64,000 nucleotides of DNA, taken from the NCBI GenBank assembly GCA_010015805.1, contig ML978122.1, positions 2,018,453 to 2,082,452 of the forward strand, in the 5' to 3' direction. This stretch comes from Rhizodiscina lignyota (lineage: Eukaryota). Below, in pieces: positions 36,747 to 49,053 of the stretch; positions within the stretch are counted from its first letter, which is position 1; every line of letters begins with the position of its first letter. The notes beneath the pieces are model-generated. The model was not told where the DNA came from and did not search any database. It saw nothing but the letters and a program-made list of their open reading frames with translations. The translations under genes and the position numbers were made by a program.

Positions 36747-36833
36747 CCTTGGGGCGCATACGTATTTTGGTGGCAGGAATGTGATGGCCTCATTATTAAT
36801 CGGATTTGGGCATTCTTTTAATGATCACTGTGC

Positions 36834-39235
36834 TTAAGTCACCGGTGCCCGGCCTTTCACCTTTTGCACCAACTTCATAACATCCTCGCCCTTCACCTCC
36901 GAACCTTGATGAGACTGCTTTTTCTTGCTCTTCTTGTGCAGATCTGCCCCTACTCCACGTTCTTCTACAGCATCTGCCTTTCTCTTCCTCCGCTTCCTCC
37001 CCTCCTCCAATAGCGCCTTCATACCCTCCGTACCCTTGAATCTCGGATCGTTCGGATCAATCGCAAACTCATGGCTCTCAAACAATCGTACGAATCTCGG
37101 ATCATCAACCTGCATCTGGAAGCGATCACCATCCTCGCCCTTTCCGACGTCCTCATCAAGAGCGGCCGCTTTCTTTTGTTTCTTCTTTTTCTTCTTATCC
37201 TTCTCTGCCTTTGCGATCTCATTCATGTCGAAATGTTGTACGCCTTTACCTGTGCCATCTCGAGCATCATCGTCCGCCATAAGAAGCTCTAGTTCTGCGC
37301 GCTGTTTTGAGTTTGCCTTCTCTTCGGCCTCGCGCTCGCGCTTCAACCGCTCTTTCTCAGCTTTCTTGGCTTTCTTCGCAGCATTGCGGTTCGCGATGAC
37401 CGGGTCTTCGAAGAATGGATCGTTGAAAGGGTCATCCTCGTCGGCTGCTTCCTCTCCAGGGACTTCATTATTCTCATCGACTTCGAGGGCCTCCTCTATA
37501 GCTGTATCGCCTTGCGCTTCAGGCTTTGAAGCCTTGGATTTCTCTTTTCTCCTCGCTTTTCTTTCCTTCTCCTTGCGAATGTACTTCTCCATCGTAGTCT
37601 CTTCAGGCTCATTCACAAATACAGACTCTCTTGCTGGCCCGGCAGACAGCCCCGCCGAGAAAGTAATCTGCAGATTTCCAACTGGCTTGTCGTCCTCTTT
37701 TGGTCGTGACGGTTTTGATGGCGCATCACCCGCTAGCCCAAGCATTGCCCGTAACGCCGCGGCCTTATCCTTCTTGCTCTTGGGCTTCTCTGCATTGTTC
37801 AACTCTTCGTTGGTAATCCTGATACCAAACCTGTTTGCGGCTGCAGTTGCGTCCACTTCTTCCTGCTCTTCTTCGCCTTCGCTACCCTCGTCCGAGGAGT
37901 CGCTCGCGATGTAGGCCGCCAAATCATCATCACCAGGCCCATCGTCCCCCTTCCCTTTGCCCTTCTTTCCTCTCTTCGCACCAAATGCGCGCTTCTGGAT
38001 ATCTTTCCTCTCATGATCATCCTCATCCCACGTGAGGCGCACTTTGCTATGTTGCAGCGCGTCCGTCACAAACTCAGCCGGTCTATAACCCTCCGGAACC
38101 TTTTCGCACTCGTCTCTTGGCTTGTCTTCCTCAAACGACACATCGTCGGGTACAAAGCGCAGGTCAAAGAAGTTTGCAGATGATAGATATTCCCGGCCAT
38201 CCATGGCATCGTAGAGTGCCTTTCCGACTGAAGGAGAGGAGCAGGTGACCACAGCGTAGTAATATCGTAACCTATCAAGTTGATATCGGCGCAAGGCGGT
38301 GGAATCATATTCCTCCGAGTTGCTGTTTTGTAGTAGCTTTTCCTTGATTTTGTCCTCGTCGTCGGCATCCTCTGACGCGTCGGATTCATCGTCATCTTCT
38401 GCGGTAACATCTCGAGCAAGTACAGTCTTCCGTTTCGACTTTTGGAAGAGTTCGCGCGGTGGTCCTTCAATTTCCTCGCGCTGCATCCTTTCGCGTCCAA
38501 ACTCGCTGGGGTAGACGGTGACGTTGAGTATTCGTCCGTCCTGAGGCACAAAACTTGAAGCTACGGCCATCAGGTCTACAGCTCGTATGTTGTCCCAGTC
38601 CAAGTTCACTACTGCAAGCCGTGATGACACCTCACCCATTGGCACCTCCTTCTCTTCCACTCTGAGCCCCATCTCTTCTACCTCCTCTTCCTCAGAGTCG
38701 TCTTCACTGTCTGAACTACTTTCAGAACTTGACTCTTCTATATCTGACGCCTCTTCCTCTTCCTCCTCTCCATCACTCATGCCCGTGCCAACCCTTCTAA
38801 GCTCTTTTCTGACAACGTCATCATCCTCACCAAGCTCAAGCTCGTCCTGGCCGGCTTCTGGCTCATCGTCCTCGTCGCCTTCAGAATCATCTTCCTCATC
38901 GACAACTTCATACAACTTCCTCATATCCCTCTTACCCTTCCCCGCATCAATCTTCCGCCCATATTTGTCAACTTTCGCCTTCCGCACAAAGTCTTCATCA
39001 TCCAAGACCTTCGCGAATCTTGAATCGACCTTGACTTTGGTATGTGATCGTGAGGGGACGCGGAATCGAGGGTCTGTTTGAAAGTTGGAAAACCGTGGAT
39101 CGGCTGTAAATAACATTAGCGACAACTCTTCTCTATGCTAGTCGATTGGTGATTGAACTTACTGATCGTCGCCGAAGGTTGGGCGAATGGCTTTCCGCGC
39201 GATTTTGGCGCTTTCTGCTTCATATTCTGCGGCAT
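36834..39235 (-). CDS. ESF1: Pre-rRNA-processing protein ESF1
   Basis: Exon 1 (MPQNMKQK...) is followed by intron 39162-39104. Then TDPRFSNFQTDPRF, RLAVVNLDWDNIRAVDL, LRRYQLDRLRYYYAV, FFDLRFVPD and NUC153-like DDPRF...FAIDPNDPRFKGT. Confidence 0.95.
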
Positions 39236-39636
39236 TCTGGATCCTGCCTCTCTCATACGAATATGATCGAGAGGAGACTGAGGAATGCTGGATGCAGTGT
39301 CAATTGTGGACGTTACGTCCAGCGGACTTCCGAAGACAGCCCTGACAGTCCAAATTTTTTGGCACAAACACGCCAAGATTTCCCGCCCCACATTCGGCCG
39401 AGGCCACATCCTTGTACCCCACACTTTTCTGCAGGCATCATGATGCTGCAACGGACGGAACCGATGTCTTCTCACGAGTGCCACACGACACGCTCTTCTG
39501 CCTCAACAAAAGCTGTCGATTCGCCGCATCCAATTCAAGCAATACATAGATCTCTCCATCCTAAACCTAAATCTCTGCGACCACAACTCAATCGCATCTC
39601 CAAGCACCCCGCAAGACTCGAATGTGAGGGGTAGCA

Positions 39637-39894
39637 ATGGCAGCACCGGCTGGCTTCTTGACGTACGTATCCCAACAATTTTCCTACGCCACTTATTCAA
39701 TTCCACATGGTCTTTTGCGCACTGTGACTGATGAGATTTGGCCATGTAGAGGGCGAAACCTCGCATTGTTCTCCTTCCTCTCCCTCGGCAGCGGCTACAT
39801 GATCCTCAAGATGCGCACGATACAGGCGAAGCGGCAAGAACGGGTGGCCGGCGACCTCACGGTGTCTGCGTCGCGCTCTGGCGGTGGCATATAG
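39637..39894 (+). CDS. Small (56 aa) single-TM hypothetical protein ending in RSGGGI
   Basis: Intron 39663-39749 (GTACGT...ACTGAT...TAG). Spliced product: MAAPAGFLTGRNLALFSFLSLGSGYMILKMRTIQAKRQERVAGDLTVSASRSGGGI. Confidence 0.7.
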   Translation: MAAPAGFLTYVSQQFSYATYSIPHGLLRTVTDEIWPCRGRNLALFSFLSLGSGYMILKMRTIQAKRQERVAGDLTVSASRSGGGI

Positions 39895-40466
39895 GAACAT
39901 CCTCAAACGAGTTTCACGGGGAGACGACCTGCTTGGGTGAAGGAAACTGCGACGACTGGTGATGTGAGCAAAAGTCGTATGGCGGAGAATGGGAGGCGGA
40001 GGCGGAATCTACAAAGGCAGTCGTTACGAAAAGGGAAGATATAAGCAAATATTATATCGGCGTAATATACTCGGAGCTCATCATTGTTACAGGTCACGAT
40101 AGGAGGCATTTTGTGGCGTCTGAAAGGCGAATTTTGGGGGCGATCCTCACGTAGCGCCAATATGCAGCAATGGCATCAATATCTGCTTCTAGTACTATAG
40201 TCACGCCGCTGAAGGTGTTGCCGTTTTATGTGCAACTCATGCCTCCAGAGCAGTTCAACCGGACTCGGATGCTCATCGAAATTTCCAACACGCACCAGAT
40301 AGCGACAGGAGTCGGATTTTCTAGACGACAATGACTGAATTCATATTACTCTAGTTATCGCTTACATCCCAGCCTCATGCCCTCGCTTCAATTATCAAGC
40401 ATTAAAATGGGGGGAACCCCTACTGATTCGTCCCCAACCACCTACTCGCCGCCTTTGCCTCACTCT

Positions 40467-41742
40467 CTAGAACGCTTCCCTGGGCTTGATCGGCCTCGGC
40501 TTCTGCACCGAGTCCATGAACGAGGTCAAGGACAGGAGACCAATCTTATCAGGCGTATCGTACGTGTTGTACTTGTTGCCGGTGAACTCGAAGAGGAAGT
40601 TCATGGGGAAGCCGATCTGGAAGCCGTATGCATCGTCGATCTGGCGCATGTCGTCGTCAGACAGCTCTAACGATAGCGCCTCAATGTTGCCCTTCAGATG
40701 CTCCACTTTGCGTCCGCCAACGATTGGGAAGATGTACGGTGACTTTTGCATAATATACGCCATTGCCTTTCAGGTGTTAGTTTCCCTGATCGTGGGTGTA
40801 TGTGGGGGGAAGGGTGATACATACCACACTGGTCATGATGGTGTTCTTCTCTTTCGCAATCTTCTCGAGAACCACGCTGACTTTTTCGGCTTCGGGGGGG
40901 ATGCGCCTCACCTTCCTGCCCTCGTCGCTCTTCCTCTGCTCTTCGGTCTTGAACGCTCCACCACCGAGTGCGCCCCAAGGCGCAATGCCCATACCCTCAT
41001 CCTGGCACATCGGCAAGATTTCACGCTCCATATCCCTGTCAGCTGCGCTCCAGCGTCCTTGGTAGACGCTGAACTGCCTCAATCCGTGATCTCTCGCATA
41101 CTGGTTGGCCTTTGACACCACCCACGCAGGAGTGTCCGACACACCGAGATAAAGCACCTTCCCAGAAGCAACGACGTGGTTGAGCGATTGCATCAGCTCG
41201 GGAATCGAAGTGGTGAAGTCCCACCAATGCACATAGAGCAGATCAATGTAGTCGGTCTGCAGCTTCTTGAGCGAGGCGGCCAGCGAGGTGTGCAGCGACT
41301 TGGAATGGTTGCCCGTGAAGTTGATCTGGTGCTTGATCGACCTATCACCGCCCTTGAAGCCAGTAGTGAACTTGGTCGCGATGACCATCTGGTCGCGCAC
41401 GCCGCGCTCCGCCAGCCACTCGCCGATCCACGTCTCGCTCTGCTCGTCCTGGTAGTTGTTCGAGGTGTCGATGAAGTTGCCGCCCATGTCGAAGAAGTAG
41501 TCGAGGATCTCAAACGCGGTCTTCTTGTCCATGTCGCCCATCCAGTCGACCCTGATTTGAGTGTGCTCGTTAGTTTCCTGGTTTTATGTGATAAGCTCGT
41601 GGATGGAGAATCCTCACCATTGGTTGCCAAAGTTCATCGCGCCCAGGCATAGCGGGCTAACGCGAACGCCAGCAGTGGGAGATAGGACGCGGTGGTAGCC
41701 AAGAATGCTCTTTGGCTTTTCTGGTGGGTCGCCGAATGCCAT
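40467..41742 (-). CDS. Aldo-keto reductase, aryl-alcohol dehydrogenase / norsolorinic acid reductase-like
   Basis: [54 protein letters not shown] and FPIVGGRK motifs. Two introns. Confidence 0.92.
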
Positions 41743-42315
41743 TGCTACGAAGTTATTTGCGTTGAGCTGATCGAAGAGTCGAAAGAACAGACTGATGAGC
41801 TAGAAAGGTTGAAGTGCTTGGAAGTCAATTGAGAGAAGTGCGATGTTGAATTGAAGAAGGCTGGCGTGCACAAAGAAATTTATAGCTTCGCGAGCTGTCG
41901 ATTTGGAAAGTTGGTGCGTGACGTAAACGAGCTGTGCTGCATTCTACGGAGTACTTTTGCCGCGTCAACAGTAGTGCTGCTCGACGGAGTTAAACACGCA
42001 GCTACTGGATATCGCCATATATTTCTCATCAAGCTCTCCCCTTGACCTCAAGCTCCCTTGTGTGGCGCTACAACTAGCTCCGTACGGATGATCCACACCA
42101 TTAAGCATACGGGACCCTCGAATGAGGTTCGAATCAAGACTTAACCTCATTGAGATGTCGTTAGTCGGAGAATCTTCACACCACATCATGTAATGGGCTT
42201 TAACCCCGTTAAGTTCCCGCAGCTTTTGTCCGTAGCGCATGAACTCCAACTGTCATGGACCCGGAATTCAAGACTTTGTGCTCCCATACGCTTGGAGTAC
42301 ATGTGACGATACGAC

Positions 42316-43172
42316 GTGAACATTGAGCTCTGGACAGGCACTATTGTAGACACCAAGTCCACAGCGTTTCGTCGTTGCAGCTGGGACGAAGTGGAAAAGG
42401 AATTATCATCGTCATGCGTAACTGCTCACATTGTGGGCAAAGTCATGTATTTGAAAGCTATACTGAAATTTTCAAGGATGCATCACCAGTGGATCGTGCT
42501 TCGAGTAGGAGTCGGCCTTCTCCAAATTCGCCAACTTGACCCATTTTACAACAGAGAAGCTCAGCGGAGCCATTTGTGCCACCACAACGAATGTAAAAAC
42601 CCAACTCACTATGAGTTTGCTACGCCTGCTTCCAATCAGTCGAAGACTATTTGCTGGACAGCTGCGAAAGACGCAAAGAGGAATGAGGAGCCCGTGCCAC
42701 CCTGCCGGAGGCACGAGTGACACGACGCTGCGTGTCTCATGCACGCCGCTCCGGAGGGCAATGAGATGATAAGTACCCAAACGAATGATAGGAAGAACGA
42801 CGTCGGGCTGACTTATCGCTGCTTTTGCTCTGCGCCTTGCAACAGCCGCGAGGAATTACTTGAACATCAAATGGGAGAACACGTTGGAGCATTCCCACCC
42901 GGACACATTTGCACCGATTGTGGCGGGAAGATGCCCAACGAATCAGAAATTCCCCTTCGCACACTCCGATAGATATCGGGTTTGCGAAAATCGTCGGTAA
43001 AAGACGGTCTAAGACGGTCTTTAGCGGAAAATGTTCGCACGTCTTGACGTTCAAAGAAACTCATGCGATCGACGGAGATAATACAAGGCCTATCGCAGGG
43101 ACTGCGGTTGGCTTGCACTATCTCGAAGCCACACGTGCCGATACCGCCTGCAGGTGCTTGTTGAGGCATTAA
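42316..43172 (+). pseudogene. Decayed His-Cys box (His-Me finger) endonuclease domain plus C2H2-like zinc fingers
   Basis: SHLCHHNECKNPTHYEFATPASNQSKTIC...PCRRHE*HDAACLM with an in-frame TGA at 42718-42720. The same frame continues CFCSAPCNSREELLEHQMGEH and CTDCGGKM, then frameshifts. No intact start; boundaries are approximate. Confidence 0.7.
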
Positions 43173-43462
43173 GGAGTTGGAACCCTATCAGACGTCTCCG
43201 AGCTCGGAAATCAAATTGGGGATATTCGTGCGATGAAATATGAACGGCATGCCTTACTTGGAATAGAGAGCATCAGAGCTGCGCGTCGACTGACAGGCCA
43301 CGAGTAATGGCAAGCACGCCGCAGTAGAAAGTAGGGGGCGCCGAGCGAGACATTGGTTCTATACATTTCCATTCGTCGAAAAGTATCATCAAGAAAAGAA
43401 AAAAAAGTTTTCTACATGCACATATCGCTCGTCACCAATGCAGAGAGCCGACAAAGATTTTT

Positions 43463-45682
43463 TCATCTCGGGCTTCCTGCCCAAGTGCGCATCCCCAAGC
43501 CCAAGAATTCGAACAGAATCGGATTGCCTTCCACGGCAAGCCATGCAATGCCTACAACGCAGTGCATTAGCAATCGAGGCGCAAAGGACACCCAAAGCCG
43601 ACGCTGGCCGGTAAAGAGAAGAGTTGGAAGGAGAAAGGGGATAAGACTCACCAGCATAAACAATCAGCTTTGTCACGACTTCGACGTCATACCGCACACG
43701 CGGTCGTTCCACTTTCTTGAAAATCTCGCGCTCTTCATTTCGCTCCATCTCCTGCGCCTTCTCTTCCGCATACTCTTCGGTGTAATCTTCCCGGACCTCT
43801 TGCAGCTTGTCGAAGTCGCCGCTCCGACTCTCCGTCTGGAGCAACGGGCCTCCAAAGCCGGGGTCTTGAAATGCGCCCAGCGCTATACCCGCATCATCTA
43901 GAGGATCGCTGTCTTTTCTGACGCCGATGCCCAGCGCAGTGCCATTCGGTGTGTACACACCATGATCTGTAAGCGTTGGTGGTGGCGTGAGCGGAGGGTC
44001 GTAGAAATCTGGGAAGGCCTCTGGCCCTGTGCTCCCCATCATCTTTTCGTAGCTCTGCACTCTGCTCGATAGTGGCGTAGGTAGCAGATCTGCTGGATTT
44101 GGGAGGCTGATGTGGTTGGGGGTCTCCGTCCTCCTGTGTTTATATGCGATGTTGGCAGAGTTTGAGATGGATGAGTCGTTCAGCGGCCCATTTTCGTTGA
44201 TTGTGAGAGTGGGAAGAGAAGGCTGCTTCCGCTGTGTCCCAGTAGAGCTCGACTCGAGTGCTGAGATTATGGGCGAGTTTGCAAGACTCTCTCGCCGCCT
44301 TTTCTGGCGGTATGCTATGGTCTCCCATGCATCAGCTTCAGACTGCGGCCCAATCGAAACCGCCCTCCGTCTCAGCGGGTTGGTTAGTTTATTCGTCAAC
44401 AAGCTGGGTATTTCAAATGCTGGTGGGATAATGTTGTCGTCTCTCCGTAAATTTGGAACTGTCGAGTACTGTGATGCCTTGAGGAAGAACTTGCGCGGAA
44501 GGTCTGCACCAAAGCTCTCCACGATGCGGAAAATAGGTGGGAGCGTTGTAAGTAAAGTAGGTTTCATGATACCTCGCCAGGCAAAGATGATAAGCACCCC
44601 AACAATTATACGAGCCACTGCTCCGATCCATCCAATCGTTTCCAATTGGAATGGCACGGTCCCGGGGACGGGATCGTTGGAGCTGAAACGTGTGCTGGCA
44701 AAATGCCACACCCCCGTCTCCAATCCAATGATGACGGCCGCGAAGGCAACCGAGTCATCAAAACAAGGGCAATTGTCTGCAGGCTCGGGATGTATTCGAA
44801 CCAGAACAAGGACGACAAGTAGGAGGATGAGTGGCTTTGCGTATGACGCGCCAGTGATCCACTCGTCATATACGTCCCCGTATATGATCTGCATAGCGGC
44901 AACAAGCGCACCCAGCGCGCCGCCAACGAAGACGTCGAAGAAACCATGCATTCCGCAGTATAAGCGACCAAGCACGATTGAGATGGCGTACCAATAGAAT
45001 CCCACCTGCGCGACGGTGTGAAACACGGTCCGGTCCACGGCAGGAACTGCATGAAGGGCATGAAGAACGTATATGGCGACGGAAATGGCATTTGTAGCAT
45101 GTGTTGAAGGGAAGCCGTATTCAAGAGCTGCCGATCCGGACATTGTGATTCGTACGAGTGGTGGGGAGAGAGGGCGAGGCAAGCAGAGGAGGTCTTTGAG
45201 AACGCCGGACCAGAAGACGCCGTTCGCAAGCATGTGCGTCATGCTATTTCATAGATCAGCAACTTAAATATAGGAGTTCAAGGTAGTTGCGCACGCTCTG
45301 CCCCAATCTGTATACCCGCACCAGAACAGCACTGGCAGTCCCGTCATGAAGAACGTATGTGTCCCCAAGTTCGCCGTCATGGCGAAGTACGAATCTAGCA
45401 ACGGCGAGCGCATCTTCTCCTGCAATAGCGCAAGATATGGTGTCTCGAGTCGCACAATGGGTATGAGGCGTTGACGGAGGTCGTATCGCCATTTTGGTAA
45501 TCGTGAGGCATCTGCAACAACTCCACGTCAGCGTCTCCTCTCCAGAATGTCGCGCGACAGGGGAAAGGGAATGCGCGCATACAATGGTCCAGATCTCTCA
45601 TTCCAGCATCAGTAACTTCCTTCGGCTCCTTGGTCGTCCCGTTCGCATAACCACCCGCCATGATGCCGCCCTTCCCATCCAT
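43463..45682 (-). CDS. LCB3: Dihydrosphingosine-1-phosphate phosphatase (PAP2 family)
   Basis: LGTHTFFM, KDLLCLPRP, EYGFPSTH, GRLYCGMHGFFDV, HPEPADNCPCFDDSV and RYDVEVVTKLIVYAG/IAW. Multi-exon. Confidence 0.9.
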
Positions 45683-46123
45683 CTCCGCGCTCTTGCTGCT
45701 CGTGCTTCCGGCCGCGCCGGACAATTGCTGTCTCAATTCAACGCATTCGAGTTCTCTCTTCCTAAGCCGCGTCTCTGTGCCCTTCCTGCGATCACAGTGA
45801 CGTGGAGAAGAGGCCAGCCGGGGCAGCGCGGAAGTGGGTTGTTGCGTGGCTTGAGCGCTCGACGTTGGAGATTTTGAGGATGCTCTGAACGCGCACGTGT
45901 GGGGGTCCCCCGAAGGTGAAGGGACTCCGACTGGGAGATTGCATACACGGCCAGCGTCTGGTTGGCCGGCGCCCTGATCTGAGGCGGATTGTCGGTGCGT
46001 CAGCACCGCACTCACCCAATTGGCGGGCACGGACGAGCCTAAATTCACCCTCGTCGCGGCTCGTCGCGTCGCAATGCGAGAGTTTGGATACACCAGAGAC
46101 GGCCTCAACTCTCCATCATAAAC

Positions 46124-46482
46124 ATGTCGACGTCAAATCAGCCGCCAGCTAATGGCGCATCCGAGCCTACATACTTCGAACAGCAACGCGCGCTCCTAGT
46201 AGGCGAAATCGCCCAGGTAACATTCCTTCCGTCTCTCTTCCATGGCGCAAATACTAATCTCTTCCCTTCGACTAGAGTATGGAACATGTTCTGCAAAACA
46301 TCAACAAGCTCAATCGCTCACTCGAGGGCATAATCGCTGTCGGCAACGAGTTCTCTTCCGTCGAGGCGCTATGGAGTCAATTTGAGAACGTCATGGCCAA
46401 GGACACGAGTACCGAGGGTGCAGAAACGAAGCAAGGAGAAGAGGGTGCGGAGGGTGAGGCTACTGAGGGAGCAAAGGAATAA
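46124..46482 (+). CDS. DAD1: DASH/Dam1 complex subunit Dad1
   Basis: Intron 46217-46275 gives [51 protein letters not shown]. Confidence 0.93.
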
Positions 46483-46925
46483 GGATTGGTCGTTCATCAT
46501 GGCGCATGGAGACGGAATGCATTGGGACGGTGTTTGGAGCGTAACTGAAGTCTGAACATATTGCTGCAATTGCTGCAGGAAAGATGGTCATCCTGAGGAG
46601 AACTGCTGAAGTAAACCATTGCATTTTCTAATTATAAGAACGTCAGTTCAACAGAAAACACATGAAGAAAGTAAGGTCGTGCTAAATGAAACACAGCCCG
46701 CCGCCGTTATACGACAGCATGATCGATCGTTTCGTCACGCTCAATGTCCAATGAACGCCAGCCAATGAGTATGTATATCGCCGACGACGCCAATAATATG
46801 CAATCAGAATACCACGTTCGCGCGTTGGCGCTCAGAAACTCGTCCTCGCTTTCGTCTCAGTACTTTTGGCCGTCAGGTCGCAGCAGGTCTTGTCGTCCCC
46901 AGTCGTTAGAGAAGAGGCTCAATAC

Positions 46926-47929
46926 TCAGAGGATTTTGCAACTCCTCTTCACGCTCTTTTTCTTCTTGCCGCCGCTGCTACCGCTCAGTCCACTCTTTCG
47001 TCCGTCAGCCATGCCACCTCTGCTGCCACCCCTGCTTTCCGTTCTCTCAGGGTCGAACACGTCCTTCGACTCCTCTTCTGCCTCGACTGCCATGGTAACT
47101 GCCGTGTCGAAGATCTCTTCTACACCTTCCATCTCCTTTGACGAGCACTCCATGTATTTGGCGCCCATTCGTGCGGCGACCGCCTTGCCTTGCTCTGGAG
47201 TGACGGGGGTGAGACCTTGAGTGCGGAGGAGATCGATGCAAGTTTTCTTGAAGCGCAGGTCGGACTTGAGGCCGAGCAGGATGAGAGGCGTGTTTGGAAG
47301 GAAGTGGAGAACCTCTGGGTACCACTATCACATATAATTTAGTTGCATATTATGAGGGAGGGTAGCAATGAAGTATACCTTGTCCATGACATTCTCCAAC
47401 GAATTCGGGCAGTCAATGGCGAAGCAGACGAAGACGAGATCGGTTTCCGGATACGAGAGTGGGCGGAGACGGTCGTACTCTTCCTGACCAGCAGTGTCCC
47501 AAAGTGCGAGCTCGACGATCTTGCCAGTAGGCGGGTGCGGCGTCTGAGTGATGTAGTTCTCGAAGACTGTAGGGACGTATTTCTAACGTCAAGTGATTAA
47601 TTCATGCCATCAAGACACGACTCATCCAAAAACCGGGTGCATACCTCTGGAAAGTAGCCTTGACTGTAGCTGATCAAGAGACACGTCTTTCCGCAACCTC
47701 CATCGCCCACAACCACAAACTTCTTGCTGTACGCAGGTGGCTCGGTCAGAGTCGTGAGGTTCGTGGCAGCCGACTCGCGACCTGTCGACATTGTTATTGT
47801 AGAGGAGACGGTGCCATTGCTGGCTCGCTCACTCGCGGGACGCGCTGGCTTACGATTGACTGCTTGGACGGAAACAGAGGAGCCCTTGCGGCGAAGATAA
47901 TCGTAGTTGCCGGGTTGGGCGGTCGTCAT
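46926..47929 (-). CDS. RHO4: Rho-family small GTPase with N-terminal extension (Rho4 type)
   Basis: [42 protein letters not shown] and ECSSK motifs, with a polybasic + CAAX (CKIL) end. Two introns. Confidence 0.88.
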
Positions 47930-48329
47930 GATGAATGGTGTTTGAAATGCAGTGTTGTGCTGTAAATACTGCGGCGTAATAAGCTGGAGCGAGCGTCTTG
48001 CTCTGTCCGAGTATCGCGAGCTGTTTTGCAAGTCGGGCCACGAGGTGGTGTGGAGGTTGAAGAAGGAGCGTGAGGGTGGTGTTGCTTCGCGAGAGAAAGA
48101 GCAGGTTTCAATATTATCGCGCGTGGCACTTGTGTAACGCATCGGGTTTGTTGCTGCGGCTGTTGCAAGGGACGACGCGCCCTGCCCCGCAGCGCCACGC
48201 GATTTTCGCAGGGGTGCGTTGAGAAGCGCAGGCGCGCGACTATCAGATCATTCGAGGGGCATTCGCGGATTTGGAAGCTGAAGAGCTTCAACAAAATCAA
48301 GTACAATCGCCCCAATACATACCCACAAG

Positions 48330-49053
48330 ATGGTACATGAAATGTATTCTTTGGCACCGTTGAGATGCTCACTGCTCCCAGTCTTCAGAGTCACGCCTCT
48401 ACACATTCTCCCCGGAGACCACAGCGCAGTTGCGGAAGTTCCGATTAGGCACCTCACGAGCAAAGGATCCGCAGGCAACAATATGTGAGAATGCATACAT
48501 ATGTTCTCCTTGCCAACTGCTCTGTGGAAGTGAAGCAAGGCAGCGGGTGACAAGTTGCTAACGAAATGCGATTCCGCAAGCAAGATCAGATAGATAAGAA
48601 GACAATGGAGATCAAGCAGGCTGACGATGAAGTCTACACGGATATGGACTCAATAGCGGAAGAACTCCCAGACCATACACCGAGATTTATTGTCTTGAGT
48701 TACCCGCTGACTCTGGTAAGTCTTTACGACTATCCTTCCGTGCCTGGCCGATATTTCTTTCAAATCGGCAATTCCACCTCGTCTTCCTTTATATCGATTC
48801 AAGCGCCTCTTATGCGTCATGATTGAGAGCCGCAAATTGTTTGTACTGACCTCGTCTTCAGCCATCTGGACGCCTCTCCGTCCCATATGTTTTGCTCTCT
48901 TACATCCCTTCCACTTGCAATTCCGAGTCGCGTATGCTATACGCTAGCGCAAAAGAGCTCATGCGGAACACTGCTGAAGTTGGTCGCATCATCGAGATTG
49001 ATTCAGCTGAGGAGTTATCTGAGATTGAAGAGAAGTTGAAAGGTGAAGACTGA
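48330..49053 (+). CDS. Glia maturation factor (ADF-H family, Aim7-like)
   Basis: ATG-only first coding exon, then SSESRLYTFSPET...LRKFRLGTSRAKDPQA, ELPDHTPRFIVLSYPLTL and RMLYASAKELMRNTAEV. Stop TGA at 49051-49053. Confidence 0.9.

Noticed and set aside
36925..39081. Long Ser/Phe-rich + strand ORFs
   Set aside because: Antisense shadows of the Glu/Asp/Lys-rich ESF1 coding sequence.
41950..43300. Group I intron or tRNA around the His-Cys box relic (GGTTCGAATC at ~42126)
   Set aside because: No rDNA context, no recognisable P7 R/S elements and no tRNA cloverleaf.
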